NCBI GenBank assembly: GCA_041659685.1
Contig: JBAZXV010000006.1
Location: 2,032 to 66,031, forward strand
DNA length: 64,000 bases
From: Parcubacteria group bacterium
GTDB taxonomy: Bacteria > Patescibacteriota > Minisyncoccia > Moranbacterales > UBA11712
Reading direction: 5' to 3'
Within the stretch, counting starts at the first letter, position 1. Each line of letters starts with the position of its first letter. The position numbers and the translations under genes were made by a program. Below, piece after piece: positions 10,113-17,912 of the stretch. Below the pieces are notes generated by a model that was not told where the DNA came from, did no database searches, and saw only the letters and a program-made list of their open reading frames with translations.

Positions 10113-10856
10113 ATGAAAAAAAGATATATCATAATATTAATCGTTATTGTTTCGGCCATTATTATTTTGGCTGCTATCAATTTTTTTAAGGAACAAAATA
10201 AAAAAACAAGCCAGCAAACGGAAGAATCAAGTGAAAGCCAGGCGGGTGACGGATTGCCTGACCTGCCGGGTATAGACAGAAAGGAATTTACGGCAGGCGG
10301 CCAAAACAGCCTTTCGGAGCAAATAGATTCCTATGTTGATTCCCAAACAGAAAGCAGGCCTTCTTCGGGAGAAAACAAAGAATTGAAAGATATCCAGTTT
10401 AAAGACAAGGAAGGAAACCCTATTCCGCTTAATGATTTTGAGAAAGCGGTTGGAATAAAAGTTGATGACCAGCTCCAGAAATACTTAAAAAGCGGAGATT
10501 ACAGCTTTATGGTATGTTCCGGCAAAGATGGCGAAGAAAATCACGGTCTGCTCCTGAATATCAGGCTTCTCAGTAAAGAAGAGACTTTTCCCGACGTCAT
10601 AAAAATATTATCAAGGTGGGAGCCGAGCATGCTTTCGGACCTCAGTGGGATACTTTTCAAAAACGCGTCTCTCGGCGAATCCGATCTCTCGAAAAAAATG
10701 GAATTTAAGGATGGAAAGTACAGGTATGCCGAACTTACCCTCGAGAACGGAAAAAAAATCAGTTTGAATTATGTTTGGGTGGATGATTATGTAATATTCG
10801 CCACCTCACTTGAATGCACGGATGAAATATATGATTATGTGTATGGCGCTGATTAA
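10113..10856 (+). CDS. Hypothetical membrane-anchored exported protein
   Basis: N-terminal TM; 12-nt gap after the previous gene. Confidence 0.75.
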   Translation: MKKRYIIILIVIVSAIIILAAINFFKEQNKKTSQQTEESSESQAGDGLPDLPGIDRKEFTAGGQNSLSEQIDSYVDSQTESRPSSGENKELKDIQFKDKEGNPIPLNDFEKAVGIKVDDQLQKYLKSGDYSFMVCSGKDGEENHGLLLNIRLLSKEETFPDVIKILSRWEPSMLSDLSGILFKNASLGESDLSKKMEFKDGKYRYAELTLENGKKISLNYVWVDDYVIFATSLECTDEIYDYVYGAD

Positions 10857-10874
10857 GTGTCTAATGGAATACAG

Positions 10875-11465
10875 ATGAAAAAATTTTTTATTTTAGTTCT
10901 CTCTCTCGCCTCCCTTTTCGCGGTTTCGAAAGGCATTTTTGCCGCTTCTATGGATTTTTCCGAAAATATCCAGACCGTAAAGACGCTTGACGAGCTTTTG
11001 ACCAGCACGTCGGGTTATCTCAACGTTGTGGCCGGAACGATTGCGGTAGTCTTTATTATCATCGGGGCGTCTTTCTATGCCGTGGCCGCTTTTGGAAAAA
11101 AAGATATGACCGATCTCGGAAGAAAAATCATAATCGTCGCGGTCGGAGGATTTGCAGTGGTTGTCGGAGCGCCGGTAATCTATAAGGAAATAATGAACAT
11201 TCTCAACGGTGATCCTTCCAGTGTGGCAGAAAGTTCTTCCATGGCGAAGATACTCCTGAGGACTCTGGAGGGATTTGCCTATTTAGTGGGACTTTACGCG
11301 ATAATGGGTTTTCTTATCGGCGGAATCACCTATTTTATATCCTTCGGGGATGAAACAAGAAACGAGCGGGCAAAAAAAATTCTGAAGTTCACGCTTATTG
11401 GAAGTTTAATCGCAATCGGTTCAATGGTTATCGCAAAACAGATAGTAACCTTGCTTGGCGGATGA
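10875..11465 (+). CDS. Tandem (two-domain) VirB2/TrbC-like pilin
   Basis: Signal peptide plus two pilin cores (IIGASFY..G..GRKII; IGGITYFISFGDE..RAKKIL). Confidence 0.75.
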   Translation: MKKFFILVLSLASLFAVSKGIFAASMDFSENIQTVKTLDELLTSTSGYLNVVAGTIAVVFIIIGASFYAVAAFGKKDMTDLGRKIIIVAVGGFAVVVGAPVIYKEIMNILNGDPSSVAESSSMAKILLRTLEGFAYLVGLYAIMGFLIGGITYFISFGDETRNERAKKILKFTLIGSLIAIGSMVIAKQIVTLLGG

Positions 11466-11496
11466 CTCGAATTGAATAACGGATAAAATTAAAGAA

Positions 11497-12276
11497 ATGA
11501 AAACGAGAAAAAAAATAATTTTATTTTTTCTGGCGGCGCTTATATTCGGAGCACTTGCCTTTTCCGGCAATGAATCCCTGGCTGCAAATTGCGCCTATAA
11601 TTGTTTTCCTTCGGTTTGTCCGGAGGGAACGAGCGGAATTTCAGGAGAATGCAAAGACAAAGACGGGTATGTCTGTTGCGCGGGAAGCCCGACTGGTTAC
11701 GTCGGGGATCCGCTTTCAGGTTTTAATCCCAATGCCTCATCGGGATCTTCCGGCGCAAACAGCGACACTGGCGTGATAAATCCAATAAGCGCCAATTCTT
11801 TTTCGGATCTTTTCCAAAGCGCAATGAATTATTTTAAGACTATTGCCGGAACCGTGGCGGTTCTTTTTATAATACTGGGCGGAGTAATGTATATGGCATC
11901 CGGCGGAAATTCCGGGATGACGGAACGGGCAAAAAATACTCTCATATACGCAATGGTAGGGCTGGTGGTCGTGGTGGCCGCTCCCCTCTTTCTTTCTGAC
12001 ATCCTGCTTGTTCTTAAGGGCAGCGGCGGAGGCGGCGGTTCAAGTCTTCTTACGATCGTAACAAATGTTCTCAAGGTTCTTTTGGCATGCGTCGGAATTT
12101 TTGGTATACTGGGAATATTGAACGGATCAGTCATCATGTTTATTTCTTCGGGGGATGAGAAAACGATCGAAATGGGAAGAAACGCGGTTAAGTATTCGCT
12201 CATCGCCATCGCTCTCTCGGCCGGCTCCCTGATTCTGGTGCAGACATTCATGGCCATGATACTGGTTAAGGACTAA
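11497..12276 (+). CDS. Cys-rich, tandem VirB2/TrbC-like pilin
   Basis: Signal peptide, Cys-rich module (C..C..C..C..CC), two pilin cores (GGVMYMASGG..RAKNTL; MFISSGDE..GRNAV). Confidence 0.78.
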   Translation: MKTRKKIILFFLAALIFGALAFSGNESLAANCAYNCFPSVCPEGTSGISGECKDKDGYVCCAGSPTGYVGDPLSGFNPNASSGSSGANSDTGVINPISANSFSDLFQSAMNYFKTIAGTVAVLFIILGGVMYMASGGNSGMTERAKNTLIYAMVGLVVVVAAPLFLSDILLVLKGSGGGGGSSLLTIVTNVLKVLLACVGIFGILGILNGSVIMFISSGDEKTIEMGRNAVKYSLIAIALSAGSLILVQTFMAMILVKD

Positions 12277-12354
12277 GAACGGGTGTTTCCCGTTTTGGCC
12301 GCAAAATAAAAACAGACATCGGAAAGTTAATTTATATATTTTTTATAATTATTG

Positions 12355-12365
12355 AAAGGAGGTGA
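12355..12365 (+). promoter_or_regulatory. Strong Shine-Dalgarno site
   Basis: AAAGGAGGTGA, 4-nt gap before ATG 12370. Confidence 0.7.
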
Positions 12366-12369
12366 CGAT

Positions 12370-12723
12370 ATGAATAAAATAAAGTCAGTTATTAGAAAAA
12401 TCGGAATTGGAGCGGTAGTGATTCCCTTTACGGCCCTGGCTCAGTTTCAGCCTCCTTCCGGAACGAATCTTCCGCAATCTTCTATTTATGACATCATCAG
12501 AGGCGTTATGATGTGGGTGTTGGGACTTCTCGGTTTTTTCGCGGTTATCGGTTTTGTGATCAGCGGTATAATGTATCTTGTGGCGGCTGGAGACGAGGAT
12601 TCGCAAAAAAAGGCGAAGAAAGCCATGTATTATTCCATAACCGGGGTGATTGTCGGTTTGGTTGGTCTGGTTGTGATATATGCCGTCAACAAATTGCTGG
12701 GAACAACGTCAACTCAGTTCTAA
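12370..12723 (+). CDS. VirB2/TrbC-like pilin A
   Basis: Signal peptide; FVISGIMYLVAAGDE..KKAKKAM.YSITGVIVGL. Confidence 0.82.
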   Translation: MNKIKSVIRKIGIGAVVIPFTALAQFQPPSGTNLPQSSIYDIIRGVMMWVLGLLGFFAVIGFVISGIMYLVAAGDEDSQKKAKKAMYYSITGVIVGLVGLVVIYAVNKLLGTTSTQF

Positions 12724-12751
12724 GGCGCGTTATATTGCCGATACTATCATT

Positions 12752-12779
12752 AGCGGCTCTCGACAAGAGGGTCGCTTTT
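12752..12779 (+). terminator. Intrinsic terminator
   Basis: AGCGGCTCTC-gacaa-GAGGGTCGCT-TTT. Confidence 0.6.
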
Positions 12780-12900
12780 CTATTTCCTGACTGAAAATAT
12801 CGATTTGGGATAAAATCCGGACTATTTCCAGTTTTTAAAATGTATTATATAATCAGGTTGGGAGAATTCTTCGCGAAATAATCAATCTAAGAGAAATAAA

Positions 12901-13269
12901 ATGAAAAACAAAATTGAAAAAACGCTTGCTTTGACAGTAGGTTTCGTTGGAAGTGTCAGCGCCGCTTTTGCTGCTCCAAGCGGATGGAGCACCTCGAATT
13001 ATTCCGGCATGGGTCTTCCGGGCGGATCTATTTATAATATAATCAGCAATACAGTGATGTGGGTTCTGGGTATTTTCGGTTTTATTGCCATAATCGGTTT
13101 TGTGATCAGCGGTATAATGTATCTCACGTCCGCCGGAGACGATGCCGCCATGAAAAAAGCTAAAAATCAGATGACCTGGTCCATAATCGGAGTCGTTGTC
13201 GGATTGGTCGGATATATAGTCATATATGCGGTTAATTCCATGCTCGGCGGGATATCCACCAGTTTCTAG
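12901..13269 (+). CDS. VirB2/TrbC-like pilin B
   Basis: Paralogue of pilins A and C; FVISGIMYLTSAGDDAAMKKAKNQM. Confidence 0.82.
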   Translation: MKNKIEKTLALTVGFVGSVSAAFAAPSGWSTSNYSGMGLPGGSIYNIISNTVMWVLGIFGFIAIIGFVISGIMYLTSAGDDAAMKKAKNQMTWSIIGVVVGLVGYIVIYAVNSMLGGISTSF

Positions 13270-13294
13270 AAAAATTAATTAATCAGCCAGCAAA

Positions 13295-13648
13295 ATGAAA
13301 AAAACAAAGGGAGTCATTTTTTGCGCGTTAGTCATTTTTTTATTTTTCTTTATCGGAAAAGCCTCTGCTGACGGAGTACTTCTTCCGGATGTCGGGCTTC
13401 CCAGCAAGGGACTCCCGGATATTATCGAAGGTCTCGTTAAATGGCTTTTGGGAGTTTTCGGTTTTCTGGCGATTCTCTCCTTTATTATCAGCGGAGCGAT
13501 GTATTTTTTTTCCGCCGGAGACGATGCCGCCATGAAAAAAGCCAAAAATCAGATGAAGTGGTCCATAATCGGCGTTGTTGTCGGTTTGATGGGATATGTC
13601 GCTATTGCGGCCGTCGATTCGGCATTGCGGGGGAACGGCTTGGGATAA
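13295..13648 (+). CDS. VirB2/TrbC-like pilin C
   Basis: FIISGAMYFFSAGDDAAMKKAKNQMKWSIIG. Confidence 0.82.
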   Translation: MKKTKGVIFCALVIFLFFFIGKASADGVLLPDVGLPSKGLPDIIEGLVKWLLGVFGFLAILSFIISGAMYFFSAGDDAAMKKAKNQMKWSIIGVVVGLMGYVAIAAVDSALRGNGLG

Positions 13649-13748
13649 GAGTCAGCGGGCAAAAGGCGGATAAACAGAGCAACGCTTTTCCGGGCGTTGC
13701 AATTTTTTCTCCAAGCTGATATCATTTTTCATTGTCAGCGCGAAAAAT

Positions 13749-13829
13749 GCCGGGGTGGTGGAATGGCAGACACACTAGCCTTAGGAGCTAGCGGGGCAAC
13801 CCATGGAGGTTCGAGTCCTCTCCCCGGCA
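13749..13829 (+). tRNA. tRNA-Leu(TAG)
   Basis: Acceptor GCCGGGG/CCCCGGC, anticodon arm CTAGC-CT TAG GA-GCTAG, long variable arm; no CCA. Confidence 0.95.
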
Positions 13830-13831
13830 CG

Positions 13832-14515
13832 ATGATAAATATTGTTTTCCAAAGCGAAGATTTGATAGCTGTTGATAAGCCGGCCGGCTTAACCGTACAC
13901 GTCGGTGCCGGAGCAAAGGAAGAAACACTGGTTGATTTCCTGAAGGAAAAATTTCCGGAGATAAAAAATGTCGGAGATGATCCCGATGTTCGTCCGGGAA
14001 TCGTGCACAGACTCGACAAAGACACGTCCGGGATTATGCTGGTTGCCAGGAACCAAAAATCCTTTGAATACCTGAAGGAGCTTTTCAAAAATCGCCGGAT
14101 AACAAAAAAATATTTGGCCCTTGTTTACGGGAAAATGACTCATGCAGAGGGAAAAATCGAGGGAGAGATGGGAAGATCAAGGCGGGATTTCCGAAAACAA
14201 GCGTTAGTCCGGGGAAAGATAGACGTCAGAAAAGAGAGGTATTCCCTGTCTTACTATAAGCTCCTTCAGGAGCTTAACGAAAATTCTTTACTGGAGGTTA
14301 GCCCTAAGACCGGTCGGATGCATCAGATTAGGGTCCATCTTCACTCTATCGGGCATCCGATCGTCGGAGACAAAAAATATACCTTCAAGAAATATAAAAA
14401 TCGGGAAGATATCAGGATGTTTCTTCATGCAAGCGAAATATCCTTAACTCTGCAAAATGGCGAAAAAATCACCTTAAGAAGCGAATTACCCCAGGAGTTT
14501 AGTGGCTTATCTTGA
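13832..14515 (+). CDS. RluA/RluD-family pseudouridine synthase
   Basis: DKPAGL, HRLDKDTSG, TGRMHQIRVH, GHPIVGD; real start is ATG 13832 (the track ORF runs through the tRNA). Confidence 0.93.
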   Translation: MINIVFQSEDLIAVDKPAGLTVHVGAGAKEETLVDFLKEKFPEIKNVGDDPDVRPGIVHRLDKDTSGIMLVARNQKSFEYLKELFKNRRITKKYLALVYGKMTHAEGKIEGEMGRSRRDFRKQALVRGKIDVRKERYSLSYYKLLQELNENSLLEVSPKTGRMHQIRVHLHSIGHPIVGDKKYTFKKYKNREDIRMFLHASEISLTLQNGEKITLRSELPQEFSGLS

Positions 14516-14624
14516 CTTCTTGAGCGAATAATTATAAGATAAATAGGCTTTTAGGAGTCATTTTTTTATTTATGGGCTTCGCTCTAAATGTATTTTCGGG
14601 CGGAATGCCATATATTGTTCAACA

Positions 14625-15146
14625 ATGGAAAAGAAGAAGGCGACAACTAGCGAAGCGGAAAAGCTAGTAAAATTCAATGAAAAAGTTCGAAAATCGGCAA
14701 AGCGTCCGGATCTTCGAGCTGGCGATATCGTAAAAATTCACCGCAAAATTAAGGAAGGCAATAAGGAGCGAGTCCAGGTTTTTGAAGGAATTGTTGTCTC
14801 TATAAAGGGCAAGCAAAGCTCCTCGCCGATGGTAACGGTAAGAAAAATATCTTTCGGAGTCGGGATTGAAATAACTGTTCCTTTGTACTCCCCGGTAATT
14901 TCGAAAATTGAAGCGGTAAAAAGAGCTCAAACGAGGCAATCCAAGCTTTATTATCTTAGAAAGAGAGATTTTCGTCTGTCAAAATTAAAAATGAAAGAAC
15001 TGGATAAATTCGTAGCCAAGGAAGAAGAAATACCTGTTGAGGAAGAAGTATCTTTGGATAGCAATATTAGCGACACGGAAAAAAAGAACAATCCCTTGCC
15101 TGAAGAAGGGAAAAAAGAAGAAGATTCCGGAAAGCATGAAGAATAG
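14625..15146 (+). CDS. rplS: 50S ribosomal protein L19 with acidic C-terminal tail
   Basis: GDIVKIH..KERVQVFEG..TVRKISFGVGIE..KLYYLR. Confidence 0.95.
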   Translation: MEKKKATTSEAEKLVKFNEKVRKSAKRPDLRAGDIVKIHRKIKEGNKERVQVFEGIVVSIKGKQSSSPMVTVRKISFGVGIEITVPLYSPVISKIEAVKRAQTRQSKLYYLRKRDFRLSKLKMKELDKFVAKEEEIPVEEEVSLDSNISDTEKKNNPLPEEGKKEEDSGKHEE

Positions 15147-15173
15147 CCAAAAATTAGAGTGGAAAAATTTTAA

Positions 15174-15257
15174 GCCGTGGTGCCGGAATCGGTAGACGGG
15201 CCAGCTTGAGGGGCTGGTGTCCATAAGGACGTGGGAGTTCGAGTCTCCCCCACGGCA
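15174..15257 (+). tRNA. tRNA-Leu(GAG)
   Basis: GCCGTGG/CCACGGC; CCAGC-TT GAG GG-GCTGG. Confidence 0.95.
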
Positions 15258-15259
15258 CC

Positions 15260-15371
15260 TCGAACGGGAAAGGGGTCGGGAAAACGGGAGTTTCCCCGTG
15301 GCGGAAGAATTGAAACCGAGGGGTTTCAAAGAGGCGTGAAGCGACGAAGTGAGAGTCTCCCCCACGGCACC
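15260..15371 (+). repeat. tRNA-3'-associated element copy 1 plus duplicated tRNA-Leu 3' end
   Basis: TCGAACGGGAAAGGGG... core; 15353-15371 repeats 15241-15259. Confidence 0.9.
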
Positions 15372-15405
15372 TCGAACGGGAAAGGGGTCGGGAAAACGGG
15401 AGTTT
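15372..15405 (+). repeat. tRNA-3'-associated element copy 2 (3'-truncated or diverged)
   Basis: 34 nt identical to the start of copy 1; 15241-15293 = 15353-15405 (53-nt direct repeat). Confidence 0.9.
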
Positions 15406-15483
15406 TACCTCGGAGAAAGGTATCTGAAAGGGAATATTGATAACAATATTTATTTTTTTGGACAGTATTTTGAATTAATAAGC

Positions 15484-15557
15484 GGGCGCGTAGCTCAGTT
15501 GGTTAGAGCATCTGTCTTACAAACAGAGGGTCAGAGGTTCGATTCCTCTCGCGCCCA
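15484..15557 (+). tRNA. tRNA-Val(TAC)
   Basis: GGGCGCG/CGCGCCC; TCTGT-CT TAC AA-ACAGA. Confidence 0.96.
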
Positions 15558-15558
15558 C

Positions 15559-15663
15559 TCGAACGGGAAAGGGGTCGGGAAAACGGGAGTTTCCCCGTGG
15601 CGGAAGAATTGAAACCGAGGGGTTTCAAAGAGCGCAGCGAGGTTCGATTCCTCTCGCGCCCAC
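15559..15663 (+). repeat. tRNA-3'-associated element copy 3 plus duplicated tRNA-Val 3' end
   Basis: 15559-15632 identical to 15260-15333; 15639-15663 = 15534-15558. Confidence 0.9.
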
Positions 15664-15666
15664 ATT

Positions 15667-15718
15667 GCCGGGCTAGCTCAGTCCCGCCGGGGGCGGGCAG
15701 GGTCCGAGCAGAGGACTT
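15667..15718 (+). pseudogene. Duplicated 5' half of tRNA-Phe with a hairpin insertion in the D-loop
   Basis: GCCGGGCTAGCTCAGT identical to 15754-15769, then CCCGCCGGGGGCGGGCAGGGTCC, then GAGCAGAGGACT. Confidence 0.8.
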
Positions 15719-15753
15719 GAGTTTAAAGTAAAATTAACATCCGAATAATTCTA

Positions 15754-15825
15754 GCCGGGCTAGCTCAGTGGTAGAGCAGAAGACTGAAAATCTTTGTGTG
15801 CCCAGTTCGATTCTGGGGCCCGGCA
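15754..15825 (+). tRNA. tRNA-Phe(GAA)
   Basis: GCCGGGC/GCCCGGC; GAAGA-CT GAA AA-TCTTT. Confidence 0.95.
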
Positions 15826-15840
15826 CAGTTAATGTAATCT

Positions 15841-15912
15841 GCGGGCGTCGTATAGTGGCCATTACACGGCCTTGCCAAGGCTGAAACGGCGGTTCGATTC
15901 CGCTCGCCCGCT
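15841..15912 (+). tRNA. tRNA-Gly(GCC)
   Basis: GCGGGCG/CGCCCGC; CGGCC-TT GCC AA-GGCTG; U discriminator. Confidence 0.95.
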
Positions 15913-15921
15913 CAGAAAACG

Positions 15922-15951
15922 AAAGAATCCCCCCCCCTGGGGGATTTTTTT
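15922..15951 (+). terminator. Terminator of the rplS-tRNA cluster
   Basis: AATCCCCC-loop-GGGGGATT followed by a T-run. Confidence 0.7.
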
Positions 15952-16172
15952 GTTTGGTCGACCGTGAAAGGCTGAATCGGACAAGGGATAATTAACTAAC
16001 AATGCCTCCAGATAAACTTGAACCATGTCCGATAACAATCGCAAAATTATTGCATGATGAGAGCCTTAAATAAAAAATTGTTAAGACGGCAGCATGAATT
16101 AATTGTTTCCCGGCATCGCTTGCCGCAGGTTCCCTTTGTCCTGCCGTCCCGCATTCACGTTCCATTTTAGCG

Positions 16173-16201
16173 TTGACAAAATCTTTTTTGTCAGCTATAC
16201 T
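16173..16201 (+). promoter_or_regulatory. Sigma70 promoter with overlapping inverted repeat
   Basis: TTGACA-17nt-TATACT; TGACAAAA-tctt-TTTTGTCA at 16174-16193. Confidence 0.7.
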
Positions 16202-16302
16202 ATTAGAGTGCCTTGAATGAGTCAGGCGCTCAAGAAGGGCAAAAAAACTACTTTCTGACAAAGTCGTTTTTTTATTTTTAAAATGCGTGAAAAAACAAAA
16301 TC

Positions 16303-16458
16303 ATGTCTAAATTCGAGCTGCTGAAACAACTGGAATACCTCATTGCTTTCCAGTCTAACTGCCTCGCCGGCGGGGATTGGGAAAGTTTCGATAAGACCGA
16401 GGGTGAAATAAAGAGACTGGAGGAAAAAATCATTCACTGGGATGAAGATATTCCATAA
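16303..16458 (+). CDS. Small hypothetical protein (51 aa), below the track cut-off
   Basis: MSKFELLKQLEYLIAFQSNCLAGGDWESFDKTEGEIKRLEEKIIHWDEDIP; lies downstream of the consensus promoter. Confidence 0.55.
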   Translation: MSKFELLKQLEYLIAFQSNCLAGGDWESFDKTEGEIKRLEEKIIHWDEDIP

Positions 16459-16510
16459 AAAGACGTGAAACATTAGATTTTTTCTGTGAAACATTGAGAT
16501 CTTTCGATAC

Positions 16511-16539
16511 TTGACTTCGCACTCCAAAAATGCTATGAT
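16511..16539 (+). promoter_or_regulatory. Sigma70 promoter of the 3D-domain gene
   Basis: TTGACT-17nt-TATGAT with extended TG. Confidence 0.6.
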
Positions 16540-16646
16540 TGTCCGTTAAGTCCTAAAAGGGCTTTTTTATTTTCTTTTAGAAGAATTGATTCCTAAAGGA
16601 AAAAAAGCCTGAATAAGGGTTTGACGTTAACAATTCATAACATTAA

Positions 16647-17219
16647 ATGCGTATTTTGGCCAGCACGATCCTGTTAAGCCTTGTCCTTAATTTCGCGATT
16701 ATTGCCAGGGCAAAAGCCGAAGAAGTTTCAAACCAAAATACAGAACAAAAACCAAAATATCAATCTGACGAAAGAATTGCGAATGGAGAAAAGGGGGATA
16801 CGCAACTTAAGATTGTTAAGATCGCCTCGGTTAATAACAGTTTTATCGCGCCGACATATATATCCGAAGGCTCTTCGAAAAATTATAGCAGACTGAAAAA
16901 AATAAGTCCGACAGCAACACGCAATATTCCTTCAGGGAGTTTTGTCATGAATGCCAGCGCCTATACGGCTTCGGCCGATGAGTGCGGGAAAAGTGATGGA
17001 ATTACTGCTTCCGGAGCGAGAGTACAATCCGGAAGAACCCTGGCTTGTCCTTCGGTCTACCGCTTCGGAACCAAGGTTGAAATTGAAGGAATGGGAACAT
17101 ATATCTGCGAAGATCGCGGAGGCGCCATCAAGGGAAACCACTTTGACATTTATATGAAGACAAAGAAAGAGGCTTTCTCTTTTGGCCGGAGGAATCTTGT
17201 AGCATCAGTTATCGAGTAA
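16647..17219 (+). CDS. Secreted 3D (Asp-Asp-Asp) domain cell-wall protein
   Basis: Signal peptide; ASAYT..GITASG..CEDRGGAIKGNHFDIY..FGRR. Confidence 0.88.
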   Translation: MRILASTILLSLVLNFAIIARAKAEEVSNQNTEQKPKYQSDERIANGEKGDTQLKIVKIASVNNSFIAPTYISEGSSKNYSRLKKISPTATRNIPSGSFVMNASAYTASADECGKSDGITASGARVQSGRTLACPSVYRFGTKVEIEGMGTYICEDRGGAIKGNHFDIYMKTKKEAFSFGRRNLVASVIE

Positions 17220-17250
17220 AAAATACCCCCCGTTTATCGGGGGGTATTTT
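17220..17250. terminator. Bidirectional terminator between convergent genes
   Basis: AAAATACCCCCC-gtttatc-GGGGGGTATTTT. Confidence 0.85.
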
Positions 17251-17264
17251 GCTGCTGCAGAAAA

Positions 17265-17852
17265 CTATTTGATTATCTTATCGATAATGCCGTAATCTTT
17301 CGCTTCTTCGGCGCTCATAAAATAGTCTCTTTCGGTATCCGTTTCCACTTTGCTTATTTTTTGGCTGGTATGCTTGGCCAAAATATCATTAAGTCTTTCC
17401 TTTACCTTAATAATGTGATTAGCGTGAATGGCGACATCGGTGGCTTGTCCCGAAGCCCCGCCCATTACCTGATGGATGAGAACCTCGCTGTTTGGAAGGC
17501 AGAATCGTTTTCCTTTTTTTCCGGCTGCCAGAAGAAGAGCGGCGCCGGAAGCGGCCAGGCCGATGCAAATAGTGGAAACATCGGCTTTGACATATTGCAT
17601 TGTGTCGTATATCGCAAGAGCCGAACTGACTTGTCCGCCGGGAGAGTTTACATAAAGTCTGATGTCTTCTTTATTGTCTTGGCTGTCAAGGAAAAGCAGC
17701 TGGGCGATCACGGCGTTGGCCGCATTATCTTCAATGGGGCCTCCAAGAAATATTATTCTTTCCTTCAAAAGCCTTGAGTATATATCGTAAGCCCTTTCTC
17801 CGTAGGCGGTTTTCTCTATAACTGTGGGAATAAGGATTTGATTTGTTGCCAT
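17265..17852 (-). CDS. clpP: ATP-dependent Clp protease proteolytic subunit
   Basis: [38 protein letters not shown]. Confidence 0.98.
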   Translation of the reverse strand: MATNQILIPTVIEKTAYGERAYDIYSRLLKERIIFLGGPIEDNAANAVIAQLLFLDSQDNKEDIRLYVNSPGGQVSSALAIYDTMQYVKADVSTICIGLAASGAALLLAAGKKGKRFCLPNSEVLIHQVMGGASGQATDVAIHANHIIKVKERLNDILAKHTSQKISKVETDTERDYFMSAEEAKDYGIIDKIIK

Positions 17853-17912
17853 GTATATTTATGATAATGAGTTAATGTTGGATGATATTTATTTTTATAT
17901 TTTATCAGCATT

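Noticed and set aside
12547-13572. Diversity-generating retroelement TR/VR pair among the pilin repeats
   Set aside because: Mismatches are not adenine-specific, both copies are in coding cores, and there is no reverse transcriptase in the window.
13697-13831. N-terminal extensions of track ORFs 13697-14515 and 26381-26764, and short ORFs over tRNAs/elements (15231, 15349, 35576, 50205, 50840, 50889)
   Set aside because: They translate tRNA or repeat sequence; the real starts lie after the tRNAs.
15241-15663. CRISPR array suggested by recurring ~35-75 nt repeats
   Set aside because: Spacing is irregular, the 'spacers' are tRNA sequence, copies recur 35 kb away, and there are no cas genes.
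15667-15825. Intron-containing or split tRNA genes (also 34967-35123)
   Set aside because: The downstream tRNAs are complete and contiguous, the upstream halves have no separate 3' half, and no group I core is visible.
16457-16493. Two GTGAAACA parS half-sites
   Set aside because: The left halves do not match, so they are too degenerate to call.
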